Origin: a virus
Taxonomy: Duplodnaviria > Caudoviricetes
Direction: 5' to 3' (one strand)
Length of the DNA stretch: 52,356 nucleotides
IMG/VR virus record: IMGVR_UViG_3300022218_000002
Coordinates: 1 to 52,356 of that record
Below the pieces are notes generated by a model. The model saw only the letters and a list, made by a program, of their open reading frames with translations, was not told the origin of the DNA and made no database searches. Of the stretch, positions 28,973-38,281 are shown piece by piece (positions within the stretch are counted from its first letter, which is position 1; each line of letters starts with the position of its first letter). The position numbers and the translations under genes were made by a program.

Positions 28973-30982
28973 TTAAGCAGCAATCTCTTTAACGGTCCCC
29001 CAATTAGGACCGCGTTCTTCGTCCACAATAACCGGGACGTTTAATTTAATAACATTTTCCATTGTTCTCTTAACTTCGTCGAAAGCGTAGTCGACTCCGC
29101 CAGGATCCGAGAAGTCAAGTTCGTCGTGAACTGTTAATCGCGGTACACCGGTCACATCAAAAATACCGTCATCCCAGCACTTAAGCATAGCGGCTTTCAT
29201 CATTTCAGCAGCCGAACCCTGTAATCTTCTATTGAGCGCTTTATGCGAGTAGGCCCTTTTTATATCGCCGTACCAGAGTAAAGCTTTGTCGAAAGAAACA
29301 GCAGGCTTTCTATTATCCCAATCTATTTTAGCTGGTTCCCATAGATCGAAACGTGACCGCCTACCGAAAATAGTCTCTACGTAACCACGTCCTAGAGCCT
29401 GTTCAATGCTTTGTTCCATTGTCGCTTTTGCAAAAGGTACACCACGGTGATAAGCAGCGAATAACTTTTTACCTTCTTTCAATGTTATGCCCAAATTCTT
29501 AGACAAACGTTTTTCACCCATGCCATAAATAAGGCCGAAGTTGATATTCTTAATCGGTTTCCTTTTCAGTTCTTGCCCTGTTTCTGTTTGCACTAGTTGC
29601 TGAGTCTCTGCATGATAGTCCGTACGTGGATCGTTATTATACCGCGCTCTCAATTCATCTGCACCTGGCCCAACAGCAAAGTGCGCTAGAAAGCGGTATT
29701 CGATTTGCGAGTAATCGTACTTCCGCCAGCACAGGTGTCCAGGCGACGGAATAAACAACTCTCGGATCATATTACCTAGTGCCGTTCTGGTTGGTATATT
29801 TTGCAAGTTCGGAGTTGACGAAGACAACCGGCCAGAGCGAGCACCTTTATCCACACCCCTTAAAGTGTGAAATTGACCGTAAAGACTTCCGTTAACGTGA
29901 GAGTTGATCAAATAAGAGTCAATGAATGTTCCAACAAGCTTTTCTAGCTCTCGTATCGCGATTATTTGTTTGCCCACAGGGTGGGTCACCGACTTTAAAA
30001 AATCCTTAGCAAAACTAGGGTTACCGGCTTCCGTGTATCCATATTTCAAACCGAGCCTATCAAAACCGCTTGCTAGGTCGTCGTTAGAGTTTACGTTGAC
30101 TTCTTGTCCGAACATATCAAATAGTTTTACTTTTTCTTTTTCCGTTTCTTTTACGACGTTAGCTCTGATTTCCCCAGCTCTATTTATATCTATCTGAACA
30201 CCTGCCCTACGCATTGCGAGCATAAGCCGTATTAACCTACACTCCATGTCGAAAAGACCTGTTAAGTTCTCCTCTTTAAGTTTTCGGTACAGTATTGGTG
30301 CAAGTCTTTGTGGTAGGTCGACGTCGCTCTCTGCGTACGGGCCAGCTAAACGCGGTGGTGTCCTGTAGATGTTTGCTCGTTGTTTGTCTGTTGCTGGCCC
30401 TCCGTAGTAATCTGAGCACCACTGATACAGGTCACTGGTGGTTTTACCAACACCCAGATATTTTTCGGACATTGCGTCCAAACCAACTTTGTCCGCTTCG
30501 GACAAAAGCGCTTCGGCATACTGTACGTCGATCAATTCACCGGCAACATTAACGCCTTCTTCTTCCAGCCAGCCAACATCGTACATAATGTTGGCTCCGA
30601 TTTTCGGTTGGTTTTTATACCGTAAGTTATCTCTTGCCCACGCTAGCACATGGTCTGGATTGAGGTTTGTTTCGGGTTCCACCTCGTGTCTCATAGGAAA
30701 GTACCAGCGATGGCCGTCATCTGTACCAACTGCCAAACCTACCAAATGCCCTTTGCCTCTCGCCCAACCTGGTCCGCGTGCTGGCATTTTATCCACTTTA
30801 GTTAGTTCAGGGTCGTAGGTCTCAACGTCAATTGTAAGGCTGCGTGCCGCCTGTAGGTTCGGAAAAAATTTAGGAGCCTCCCAACCTGTGTCCGGTATTG
30901 GAGGCATTACACGGGCAACCTGACCCCTTCCGCGCTGTGTTGGTAAATCCTGCCAAAAGAGCCCTATAGCGTCATTTCTCAT
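28973..30982 (-). CDS. polA: DNA polymerase, family A, with 3'-5' exonuclease
   Basis: IDVET exo motif I, SGRLSSSTPNLQNIP, DYSQIEYR, KNINFGLIYG and LTVHDE. Confidence 0.95.
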   Translation of the reverse strand: MRNDAIGLFWQDLPTQRGRGQVARVMPPIPDTGWEAPKFFPNLQAARSLTIDVETYDPELTKVDKMPARGPGWARGKGHLVGLAVGTDDGHRWYFPMRHEVEPETNLNPDHVLAWARDNLRYKNQPKIGANIMYDVGWLEEEGVNVAGELIDVQYAEALLSEADKVGLDAMSEKYLGVGKTTSDLYQWCSDYYGGPATDKQRANIYRTPPRLAGPYAESDVDLPQRLAPILYRKLKEENLTGLFDMECRLIRLMLAMRRAGVQIDINRAGEIRANVVKETEKEKVKLFDMFGQEVNVNSNDDLASGFDRLGLKYGYTEAGNPSFAKDFLKSVTHPVGKQIIAIRELEKLVGTFIDSYLINSHVNGSLYGQFHTLRGVDKGARSGRLSSSTPNLQNIPTRTALGNMIRELFIPSPGHLCWRKYDYSQIEYRFLAHFAVGPGADELRARYNNDPRTDYHAETQQLVQTETGQELKRKPIKNINFGLIYGMGEKRLSKNLGITLKEGKKLFAAYHRGVPFAKATMEQSIEQALGRGYVETIFGRRSRFDLWEPAKIDWDNRKPAVSFDKALLWYGDIKRAYSHKALNRRLQGSAAEMMKAAMLKCWDDGIFDVTGVPRLTVHDELDFSDPGGVDYAFDEVKRTMENVIKLNVPVIVDEERGPNWGTVKEIAA

Positions 30983-31932
30983 ACAGCGATGCCTATTATG
31001 GCTCCGCGAAGTTTCAAACCGTAGAATAAGCAGGCTTCTGGGTACATACTGAAGTCTACTTTGGTCGCCCGGCCCTTAAGATGTAAAAGTTGTTCAACAT
31101 TAAAACACCCGCTATCGCTTACTGTTGCGCAGTCTAGGTAGGTAGATTCGTCGTCGCGTCCGGTACTCAAGCGACCGTCAAAGAAGTGGATCTCCTTTGT
31201 CGCTTCACAAAAAGGTTGGAGTTCGGTAAGAGCGTCGAAAAAACCATCCGGAAACGGCGACGGTTTGCACGGTCTGTCTAACAAAGCTGTCAGGTCAGGC
31301 CAAGACGGGTCAAGCAGTGAAGTCGTTATCCAACGTTCTTTTGAGTAACAAAAAGTCAGTGCACTATCGTTTACCAGTAAAAATTCAGGTTCTTCTTTTA
31401 CTCTCAAGATTTCTTTAACAGCTTCTTCAGGTATCACTGCTGTTACCGGAAAATCAAAACCTAACCAAGATTGTACCACACAAATATTATTTGTTGCGTT
31501 AGCGAACGGTCCATTTAAATACACACCTCGCGCCCATGGTCTAGAAGCGTCCTGCGCTATGAACGGTGCAACACTACGCAACGCCGGTATAATCTCGCCG
31601 CCTAAATAAACTTGTTTCCCTGTGGGCATACCAACCGGTAACTCCTCCGGATGGCAAGGTATATGCACAGTCAAAGCTTTACTTTTTAGCCGAAGTTTAC
31701 CAGAGTCTGTTAGCGACAAGTCTATGCTACCTCCACAGGAATTGATTGCCTTGATAAATGTGACTGCTTTTGGCGTAGCGTTTAAATCCAGATCGATTCG
31801 TGCACCAAGTGAAAGTGTTCCGTTAAAACCGTAAACAAACCCGTCTTTCATCTGTAGATGTGTTAGCGCCGGTACAAAATCTTTTCTAGCTACGGAACCT
31901 TTAACAAAGTCCAAAGTTTTTTTGACATTCAA
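30979..31932 (-). CDS. DNA polymerase beta-clamp-like protein
   Basis: VARKDFVPALTH and IAQDASRPWARGVYL...ATN resemble DnaN repeats; adjacent to polA. Confidence 0.65.
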   Translation of the reverse strand: MNVKKTLDFVKGSVARKDFVPALTHLQMKDGFVYGFNGTLSLGARIDLDLNATPKAVTFIKAINSCGGSIDLSLTDSGKLRLKSKALTVHIPCHPEELPVGMPTGKQVYLGGEIIPALRSVAPFIAQDASRPWARGVYLNGPFANATNNICVVQSWLGFDFPVTAVIPEEAVKEILRVKEEPEFLLVNDSALTFCYSKERWITTSLLDPSWPDLTALLDRPCKPSPFPDGFFDALTELQPFCEATKEIHFFDGRLSTGRDDESTYLDCATVSDSGCFNVEQLLHLKGRATKVDFSMYPEACLFYGLKLRGAIIGIAV

Positions 31933-32846
31933 AATAAGCTCCTTTGTTGTTCTTTAAAAACAATTTCTTTTGTATTCAGCAAAGTATTCAGGTCTGTAAA
32001 AGCTTTTAAGTTGAAAGCCCAACGTGATTCGTAGTTTGACTGTAATCTCTCTAAATCGAAACCTTGCTGTTCGACATAGCGCTCAATTTTTCTTTTATAG
32101 ATCTCTGGCATAGAAGTGTAGTGCTGATTATGCATTTTTCTAGAAGGGCTTTTATCGGACAGGCTTATCGCTTTTTGCTCTGTAGTCACTACACTACCGT
32201 TAGTCCCCGCTTGAACCCAGCTTGAAGAGTCGGTTGAATACCACGGGTAGCGTAGCAGTAAGTCGTAAGTTGTTAGTCCAAAACCGTGTACTTTTACTTT
32301 AGCTCTACCGCTTCCGCTTATAAGGTATTTACACCATATTTCATCTAACCATTTTGTTAGGTCTTTTTTGTGAACTGCAACCATCCCACCCAGTGTTATG
32401 TAAGGATAATTTTGAGCATAGTATTCTAGGTATTTAGGATCTTCACCGTAGTGAAAACAAGGTAAAGGAAACACACCTTTGCTTTCCATATTTTTCTGGT
32501 TAGCATAAGTCCCTTTTGCGTCTCCAATACTGTCTAGAACCGAAGCAACAGGTATCCCGTTTTCGGTTAAAAGGACGTCGCTATTTTCTTTGATATAATT
32601 ACAGTACGCTTCGAGATTTATCGTAGAACATTTGGTCCATGCAGAAAATGCGCCCGAATCTAGAAAAATCTTTCTTTTGTCTTTACGAAGTTTATCGACG
32701 TACGATTGTTTCTGCACATAATGGTAAGACTCAAGAATGTGCGGTATCTCCGCCAGGACTTTTTGTTCGTTTTCATTCATGCGCCTGTAGCGCAAGCCAC
32801 CTAGCTCAAGACTATTAGTGTAAACAGCGGCAGCATACACATGCAT
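31929..32846 (-). CDS. dpdA: DpdA-type DNA transglycosylase (TGT-like; inserts 7-deazaguanine into DNA)
   Basis: FLDSGAFSAW, PCFHYGE, YITLGGMV, KVHGFG and PWYSTDSSSW motifs; adjacent to folE and que genes. Confidence 0.82.
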   Translation of the reverse strand: MHVYAAAVYTNSLELGGLRYRRMNENEQKVLAEIPHILESYHYVQKQSYVDKLRKDKRKIFLDSGAFSAWTKCSTINLEAYCNYIKENSDVLLTENGIPVASVLDSIGDAKGTYANQKNMESKGVFPLPCFHYGEDPKYLEYYAQNYPYITLGGMVAVHKKDLTKWLDEIWCKYLISGSGRAKVKVHGFGLTTYDLLLRYPWYSTDSSSWVQAGTNGSVVTTEQKAISLSDKSPSRKMHNQHYTSMPEIYKRKIERYVEQQGFDLERLQSNYESRWAFNLKAFTDLNTLLNTKEIVFKEQQRSLF

Positions 32847-33406
32847 TATGACCTCGCTAGGCCCAAAAATTCTGCGCGTGTTGCCGGGTCATCTCTAAAT
32901 ACACCACGTAACGCGCACGTGATTGTCTCGCTACCCTGCTTTTCAATACCACGCGATTCCATGCAAAGGTGACGCGCTTTTATTCGGCAAGCAGAACCGA
33001 GCGGTTGTAGCTCCGTTTGTAAAGAGCCAACAACTTGCGTTGTCAACCTCTCCTGAACCTGTAAACGACGAGCGAAAATGTCTAGTAATCTAGATAGTTT
33101 AGATAACCCGACAATTCGTTTACTCGGTATATATGCGATAGTAGCGGTTCCGAAAAAAGGCGCCATATGGTGTTCGCAATGGCTGTAAAAAGGAATGTCT
33201 TTAACAACTATCATCTCGTTGTACGCGTCGCTACCGTCTTCAAAAGTTTTTAGGACAGAAGAACCGTCGTAGCCGTAACCAGAAAACCAGTGTTCGTATG
33301 CTTTTGCTACTCTTAGCGGTGTGCACGCTAGACCTTCTCTTTCGGTATTCTCTCCAATTGCTTCAAGCAGCATGTGTATACGAGTTGCAATGTCACTTCG
33401 CCTCAT
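32846..33406 (-). CDS. folE: GTP cyclohydrolase I
   Basis: SHCEHHMAPFFG, GLSKLSR, RRLQVQERLT and HLCMESRG motifs. Confidence 0.96.
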   Translation of the reverse strand: MRRSDIATRIHMLLEAIGENTEREGLACTPLRVAKAYEHWFSGYGYDGSSVLKTFEDGSDAYNEMIVVKDIPFYSHCEHHMAPFFGTATIAYIPSKRIVGLSKLSRLLDIFARRLQVQERLTTQVVGSLQTELQPLGSACRIKARHLCMESRGIEKQGSETITCALRGVFRDDPATRAEFLGLARS

Positions 33407-33851
33407 TTTTACGCCTTTCGTATACTACAGAACATTTACGGGTTTCCTCAACTACAAGCTTTGTCACGGCTAAACCAGTTCCTTCGAGTATAGAGGCACA
33501 GACATAGTCTAGAAGGTACACGGCCATATTTTCAGCAGTTGGATTAAACGGAACGATTAAGACGCTTGGGTCCAATTCTTTTAGCGTTTTTTTCCAAGGA
33601 TCTTTGGTGTAAACTAAGAATCTGTGGTCCCAATTATGTTCGAGCCACGCACAAAGGAGGTCCTTTATAGTTGAAAAATCTAAAACCACACCTTTGTGAT
33701 TGACAAAACCGCAAGGGCCTTCTACATGGAAATGAATCCTGTAGTTGTGACCGTGCAAGTTTTCACATTTTCCGCCTTGTTCGAAAACCCTGTGGCCAAC
33801 GCTTATATCTTGGTACCTAACAGCCTGCATAAGTTTAGTCATTGTAAACAC
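33393..33851 (-). CDS. queD: 6-carboxy-5,6,7,8-tetrahydropterin synthase
   Basis: GHR...KCENLHGHNY, LDF, WDH and PTAEN motifs. Confidence 0.92.
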   Translation of the reverse strand: MFTMTKLMQAVRYQDISVGHRVFEQGGKCENLHGHNYRIHFHVEGPCGFVNHKGVVLDFSTIKDLLCAWLEHNWDHRFLVYTKDPWKKTLKELDPSVLIVPFNPTAENMAVYLLDYVCASILEGTGLAVTKLVVEETRKCSVVYERRKNEAK

Positions 33852-34572
33852 CGGCTAACCCTTCTTTGTATTCTTCAAAACCTTTTTTTCTGAGCAAGCA
33901 TGCCGGACATCTGCCGCAGCCGTGACCCCATTCGTTATACAATGTAGCATTACCGTTATAGCAAGTTATGGTCTCCGTTAAAATTTCGTGCAAAAAGCTG
34001 TAATCGTCGGCTATTTTGAACGTCTCGGCTTTTGTTAAGTACATCAGCGGTGTATGTATATTAATCGCTGTAGAGTACCCCGTATCCAAGGCAACAGAAA
34101 GATCACGAACAAATTCTTGTCTACAATCTGGGTATCCAGAATAATCCGTTTCGCACAAACCTGTGTAAATATCGGTGGCACATATCTCTTGTGCGTAACC
34201 GTGAGCTATTGTTAAAAACAATGCGTTGCGTACCGGCACAAAACTTGATGGTAAACTCTTGTTGTTTACATGCGGCTCGTTTATGTCGCCTTCGGTATTT
34301 AGAAGGTTGCTTGAAACTAGACCTTTCAAAAAACTAACGTCAACCACTTTCAATGCTATATTACGTTTATCGCAAAAACGTTTAACATAGCATGTTTCGA
34401 CACTGTGCCGTTGGCCGTATGTGAAATGGATCGCTTCAACGTTGTAATGCATCATCTCAGCAAGAAAAAGACACGTTGTCGAATCCTGGCCACCGGACAA
34501 GACTACAAGCGCTTTTCGTTTCATACGTCTTTCGCCTTCAATTGCGTTTTTTATCGAATTTATAAAGTTCAT
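33835..34572 (-). CDS. queC: 7-cyano-7-deazaguanine synthase
   Basis: LSGGQDSTTC, YGQRH, FVPVRN, SGYPDCR, TPLM and CY...GCGRCPAC motifs; no glutamine amidotransferase domain. Confidence 0.96.
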   Translation of the reverse strand: MNFINSIKNAIEGERRMKRKALVVLSGGQDSTTCLFLAEMMHYNVEAIHFTYGQRHSVETCYVKRFCDKRNIALKVVDVSFLKGLVSSNLLNTEGDINEPHVNNKSLPSSFVPVRNALFLTIAHGYAQEICATDIYTGLCETDYSGYPDCRQEFVRDLSVALDTGYSTAINIHTPLMYLTKAETFKIADDYSFLHEILTETITCYNGNATLYNEWGHGCGRCPACLLRKKGFEEYKEGLAGVYND

Positions 34573-35234
34573 TATTTTATACCTATCGTTTTGTGTGTTT
34601 GAAGACTCAGTTGAAATCCGTGTTTTTTACAAAGGTTAACCGCTGCGACAGCATTCTTTTTAGATGTTGCTGGAAAATCCGCAACATTTTTAGGTTGCAG
34701 ATAAATCATGTCACGTTTTACATGCGTTGGTACACCGCTGTTTTCCATAAAGCTAAAGAGATCCGTCGTTTCAGTATCGTTGTTTTCCACAAGTATCTTG
34801 TAGGCGTCGATGAACGGTAAGAAGGAACGCTGTATCCGCGTGCCTTCTTTAGGTGAACAGACAATGAAGGCGTTGGCGTACCATGGCGGGTCTGAAGCTC
34901 TCGGGGACAACGTACCGTTGGTCTCTAGCTGTACCCTGTACCCTATTCGTAAAAGCAGTTCTATTAGCTTGCCGACGGGCTGCATGAGTGGTTCACCGCC
35001 TGTCACAACAATAAGAGGCGAGTAAGCGACATCTTCGGCTTCCAGAATAGTATTAATTTCGGCGAGTATCTCCGAAGTATTTAGAAGATCTCCGGTACTG
35101 TGGTTTGTGTCGCAAAAAGAGCAACTTAGATTGCACCCGCTCAATCGTATAAAAATCGCCGGATCACCTGTAAAAGGCCCTTCACATTGGATAGAAAAAA
35201 AGATTTCATTGATTTTTAGTTTTTGCTTGTCCAT
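34572..35234 (-). CDS. queE: 7-carboxy-7-deazaguanine synthase (radical SAM)
   Basis: CNLSCSFCDT, TGGEP, ETNGT, SPK and LSLQTHK motifs. Confidence 0.95.
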   Translation of the reverse strand: MDKQKLKINEIFFSIQCEGPFTGDPAIFIRLSGCNLSCSFCDTNHSTGDLLNTSEILAEINTILEAEDVAYSPLIVVTGGEPLMQPVGKLIELLLRIGYRVQLETNGTLSPRASDPPWYANAFIVCSPKEGTRIQRSFLPFIDAYKILVENNDTETTDLFSFMENSGVPTHVKRDMIYLQPKNVADFPATSKKNAVAAVNLCKKHGFQLSLQTHKTIGIK

Positions 35235-35259
35235 TATAATACCCTTTCGATATTAAGGT

Positions 35260-35288
35260 ATTATAAGGGCGCTACTAAAATATTACAA
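35260..35288 (-). promoter_or_regulatory. Sigma70-like promoter for the queE-polA operon
   Basis: Minus strand reads TTGTAA-N17-TATAAT. Confidence 0.65.
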
Positions 35289-35307
35289 GGAAATAGTTAA
35301 GGGTAAG

Positions 35308-35757
35308 TTATTTTTTGAAGCCATAAAAAGTTCGCCAGGATTGAAACTGGCAATTAGCCATGTTCAGGTTAGAGCCGTGTTCAGCAGCCAATGCTAAAAC
35401 GTCAGCTCTTTTCGGGCATGCACCTTTGTTTTGTTTACGTAGCTCGTCGGCGATTTCCCAAATAACGGCTGTTTTACCGCCAGAAGCGGGTCGCACAACA
35501 CCGTTTTGCTTTGCTAAAAGACGTCGCTCTTTTTTAACAGTTGTCTTTTTCTTTTCTTCTTTTTTAGCTACAGTTTTCTTTGCCGGTACTTTCTTAGCTA
35601 CAGTTTTCTTTGCCGGTACTTTCTTAGCTACAGTTTTCTTTGCCGGTACTTTCTTAGCTACAGTTTTCTTTGCCGGTACTTTTTTGGTTACCGCTTTTTT
35701 AGTGGCTGTTTTCTTTGTAGGAACTTTTTTAGGTAAAGGTTTTTTTGTTGGGGTCAT
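35308..35757 (-). CDS. Histone H1-like Lys/Ala-rich protein with a folded C-terminal domain
   Basis: Repeated KKVPAKKTVA followed by KQNGVVRP...IWEIADEL...QFQSWRTFYG; AAGGAG RBS. Confidence 0.75.
   Translation of the reverse strand: MTPTKKPLPKKVPTKKTATKKAVTKKVPAKKTVAKKVPAKKTVAKKVPAKKTVAKKVPAKKTVAKKEEKKKTTVKKERRLLAKQNGVVRPASGGKTAVIWEIADELRKQNKGACPKRADVLALAAEHGSNLNMANCQFQSWRTFYGFKK
35561..35680. repeat. 30-bp tandem repeat, 4 copies (coding)
   Basis: TTCTTAGCTACAGTTTTCTTTGCCGGTACT at 35591, 35621 and 35651, plus a one-mismatch copy at 35561. Confidence 0.95.
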
Positions 35758-35810
35758 GATATTACTCCTTGGTGATAAAGTTTACTGTTACAAGTAGTAC
35801 AGCATAAAAC

Positions 35811-36473
35811 TTAGATAGACAAGTCTTTTTCGACACAAAAATAACCTGAGCTTTTATTAGCTAGTCTAGATAACAGCTTTCGTACTATCTCGCCTTTTAG
35901 ACCTATATTACCGCAAGCGAATTTTGCGCATAGAGATTGGTTAGCAACTATGACGTAAACATTGGGTAATTGGAATTTATCCGCGTATTTTTCACCGCAT
36001 AAAATAACAGTTTTATTCCTAAACGCGGCGATTTCTAGTATTCCAGAGGACACTAGATAATTTTCGCCCAGAGCAATAAAAACAAGGTCGTAGCTAGTAT
36101 TTAGTACATTTTTTACATTTCCTGGTATTTTTAATTTGGCGCTCCAATCTAAAATTTGGTTCTTACGCATGTTATTAAATGTTACGTTGTAAGGTAACAA
36201 CGTCCACGAACTGTCGACAAGTCCGTAACCGGCGGACAAAATCTTAAAGTCTACGTTGTGACCGTTATTTCTGACCTCTTTTAAACCGCGCATAATTCTT
36301 ACGTGCTGTTCTCCGCTGTAGAGATCTTCCGCACTTTGTAAATATCTAGCATTCTTTTTGTGCGCAGAAGTTAACACGCTATCTCCAGAAGACAACTCTT
36401 TTGCTGTTAAAGAAGGACTTCCATCCAGTTTGTTTTTCTTAGACGTACACGAGCTAATTACTAAAATACGCAT
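35811..36473 (-). CDS. YaaA/DUF6884-like protein
   Basis: ISSCTSKK, AEDLYSG and ILSAGYGLV...PYNVTF motifs. Confidence 0.6.
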   Translation of the reverse strand: MRILVISSCTSKKNKLDGSPSLTAKELSSGDSVLTSAHKKNARYLQSAEDLYSGEQHVRIMRGLKEVRNNGHNVDFKILSAGYGLVDSSWTLLPYNVTFNNMRKNQILDWSAKLKIPGNVKNVLNTSYDLVFIALGENYLVSSGILEIAAFRNKTVILCGEKYADKFQLPNVYVIVANQSLCAKFACGNIGLKGEIVRKLLSRLANKSSGYFCVEKDLSI

Positions 36474-36478
36474 TTGTT

Positions 36479-38083
36479 TTAATCCTTCAACGAAAAAACA
36501 GACCTTAAAATTTCAGGGTGTTTTTTGTTTGTCCAAACTATTATTTTAGAAGGCTTTTTAAGCTGCGAAGATGCCTCGACTGCTTTTGTTATTTTTGCGG
36601 GCGGTTCTATTTCTGTACGTTCTCGCCACCACTTTCGCGCATAATTGCCTGCGTATCCAGCATGTTCTAGACAAATCCATTCCCTGAACATCTTGAAGCC
36701 GCATAAGTACGTGACTCTTAAACTGGGTTGCCTACCTTTTTTGTTATGTATGTTGTATCTAACTTCGTCAACTTCATACTCTTTAGTTTGTATGGAACCG
36801 TCAGCGACTATGTTCGTGGTATCAGCGGTAGGCATAATAGCAACCTGACGCGGAAAGACATAACCGCACTGATCGCAGTTAAGAGCCAGTGAAGAAACGT
36901 AGGTATCACACTGAGGGCAAGCTTTTACAGGCGCGGTTCTTTGCCCCTGGTCTGCATTATTTCGATTAGTACTGCTTATGGAAACATCGTTAACCGGACC
37001 CAAACGTCTAGTGTTCCCCGCATAGTCAAGGACCAGACAGTTTTCCTTTCCTGTTTCTAGCGACGGTCTACTACCGCGTCCGTTCATTTGTACGTGTAGA
37101 CCCGGAATTTCTGTTGGACGTAGCATTCCTATTAAGTCCACAGGGGGGTAGTCGAAACCAGTCGTTAGTATGCCGTTGTTTACAAGTCCGCGAAGCTCGC
37201 CAGCTTCAAAAGCTCTAACTAAATCGTCTCTTGCACCGACGGACATTTTAGAGTGGACGGCTGCAAAGTTCCTGCATCCGCAAGCGTTAAAAGCTTCCTC
37301 TATATGCTTACAATGGTCGATTCCAGCACCAAAAACAATCCAGTGGTTGCGGTCCTCGCCCCTAGTTAGCATCTCTTCGACAGCCTTTAAAGTCACACCA
37401 CATTGATCGACAGCTTCTTGTAACTGCGAAGGTACAAATTCCCCGCCTCGTTTGCGCACGCTACTAAGGTCTAACTGTTCGTTGGTTCGTTTAGATATTA
37501 GAGGAGCGATGAAACCCTCTTTCACCAGCTTGTTGTATTCGTGGAGCCCTGTTATGTCATAACATATGTGAGTGAAAATAGGCCCGTTTGTTAACAACCC
37601 GTTTTTTGCCCTGTACGGAGTAGCCGACAAACCAACAATACGCGTTTTAGGGTTGACGTTTAAAAGTTTTTTGAAAGTTTTACCGTACATGGATTCAGAA
37701 TTGTCGCCTACTAGATGGCACTCATCAACAACCACTATATCAATTTTACCTAGTAATTCAGGTTTCCTGTATATCGAACCTATGCCAGCAAACGTTACTT
37801 GATGCCCGTATTCTTTTAATTTGAGACCGGCCGAGACAATACCAACATCCATGTTCGGAAGAATAACGCGAGCTTTTCTACAGTTGCCTCCGACGAGTTC
37901 CTTGACATGTGTGACGCACAAAACTCTTTGATTCGGATATGCTGTGACAAATTCAATTATCCCAGCGTTAACCCACGATTTTCCGGTCCCTGTGGGCATA
38001 GCGATAATAGGGTTTCCAACTGTATTCTGTACGAAAAAATTAAAAACTGAATTTATGGCGTTATTTTGATAGTACCGATACAT
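36479..38083 (-). CDS. Superfamily 2 DNA helicase (RadD/YejH-like) with C-terminal Zn finger
   Basis: PTGTGKS, VDECH, SATP, LTTGFD, QMNGRGSR and CPQC...CDQC motifs. Confidence 0.93.
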   Translation of the reverse strand: MYRYYQNNAINSVFNFFVQNTVGNPIIAMPTGTGKSWVNAGIIEFVTAYPNQRVLCVTHVKELVGGNCRKARVILPNMDVGIVSAGLKLKEYGHQVTFAGIGSIYRKPELLGKIDIVVVDECHLVGDNSESMYGKTFKKLLNVNPKTRIVGLSATPYRAKNGLLTNGPIFTHICYDITGLHEYNKLVKEGFIAPLISKRTNEQLDLSSVRKRGGEFVPSQLQEAVDQCGVTLKAVEEMLTRGEDRNHWIVFGAGIDHCKHIEEAFNACGCRNFAAVHSKMSVGARDDLVRAFEAGELRGLVNNGILTTGFDYPPVDLIGMLRPTEIPGLHVQMNGRGSRPSLETGKENCLVLDYAGNTRRLGPVNDVSISSTNRNNADQGQRTAPVKACPQCDTYVSSLALNCDQCGYVFPRQVAIMPTADTTNIVADGSIQTKEYEVDEVRYNIHNKKGRQPSLRVTYLCGFKMFREWICLEHAGYAGNYARKWWRERTEIEPPAKITKAVEASSQLKKPSKIIVWTNKKHPEILRSVFSLKD

Positions 38084-38089
38084 CGTTGG

Positions 38090-38281
38090 TTAGTGTAATT
38101 CTGCAAAGACGATAGAACATGTTGGACAAATCAGCAATGTGACTATCAAGCTGTACTCTTTCTCGTCGGTGTACAAAGTACCCGCTACAACCTTAAATTT
38201 GTCGTGTTTTGTTTCATCCACTCCAGTCGCTGTAACGCCGCTAAATTTACAACACGGACATACTTTAGTTTCCATTACCAT
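38090..38281 (-). CDS. Small Zn-ribbon protein
   Basis: CPCC...CPTC; part of a chain of overlapping genes. Confidence 0.5.
   Translation of the reverse strand: MVMETKVCPCCKFSGVTATGVDETKHDKFKVVAGTLYTDEKEYSLIVTLLICPTCSIVFAELH

Noticed and set aside
35235-35307. preQ1 riboswitch upstream of queE
   Set aside because: The leader from the predicted promoter is only about 20 nt, and I saw no preQ1 aptamer pattern.
35561-35680. CRISPR array
   Set aside because: Head-to-tail 30-bp coding repeats with no spacers. The Cas4-like gene is a stand-alone phage nuclease.
35360-35797. Plus-strand hydrophobic repeat ORF (FFAGTFLATV)n
   Set aside because: Antisense shadow of the Lys-rich gene, which has the RBS and matches the operon direction.
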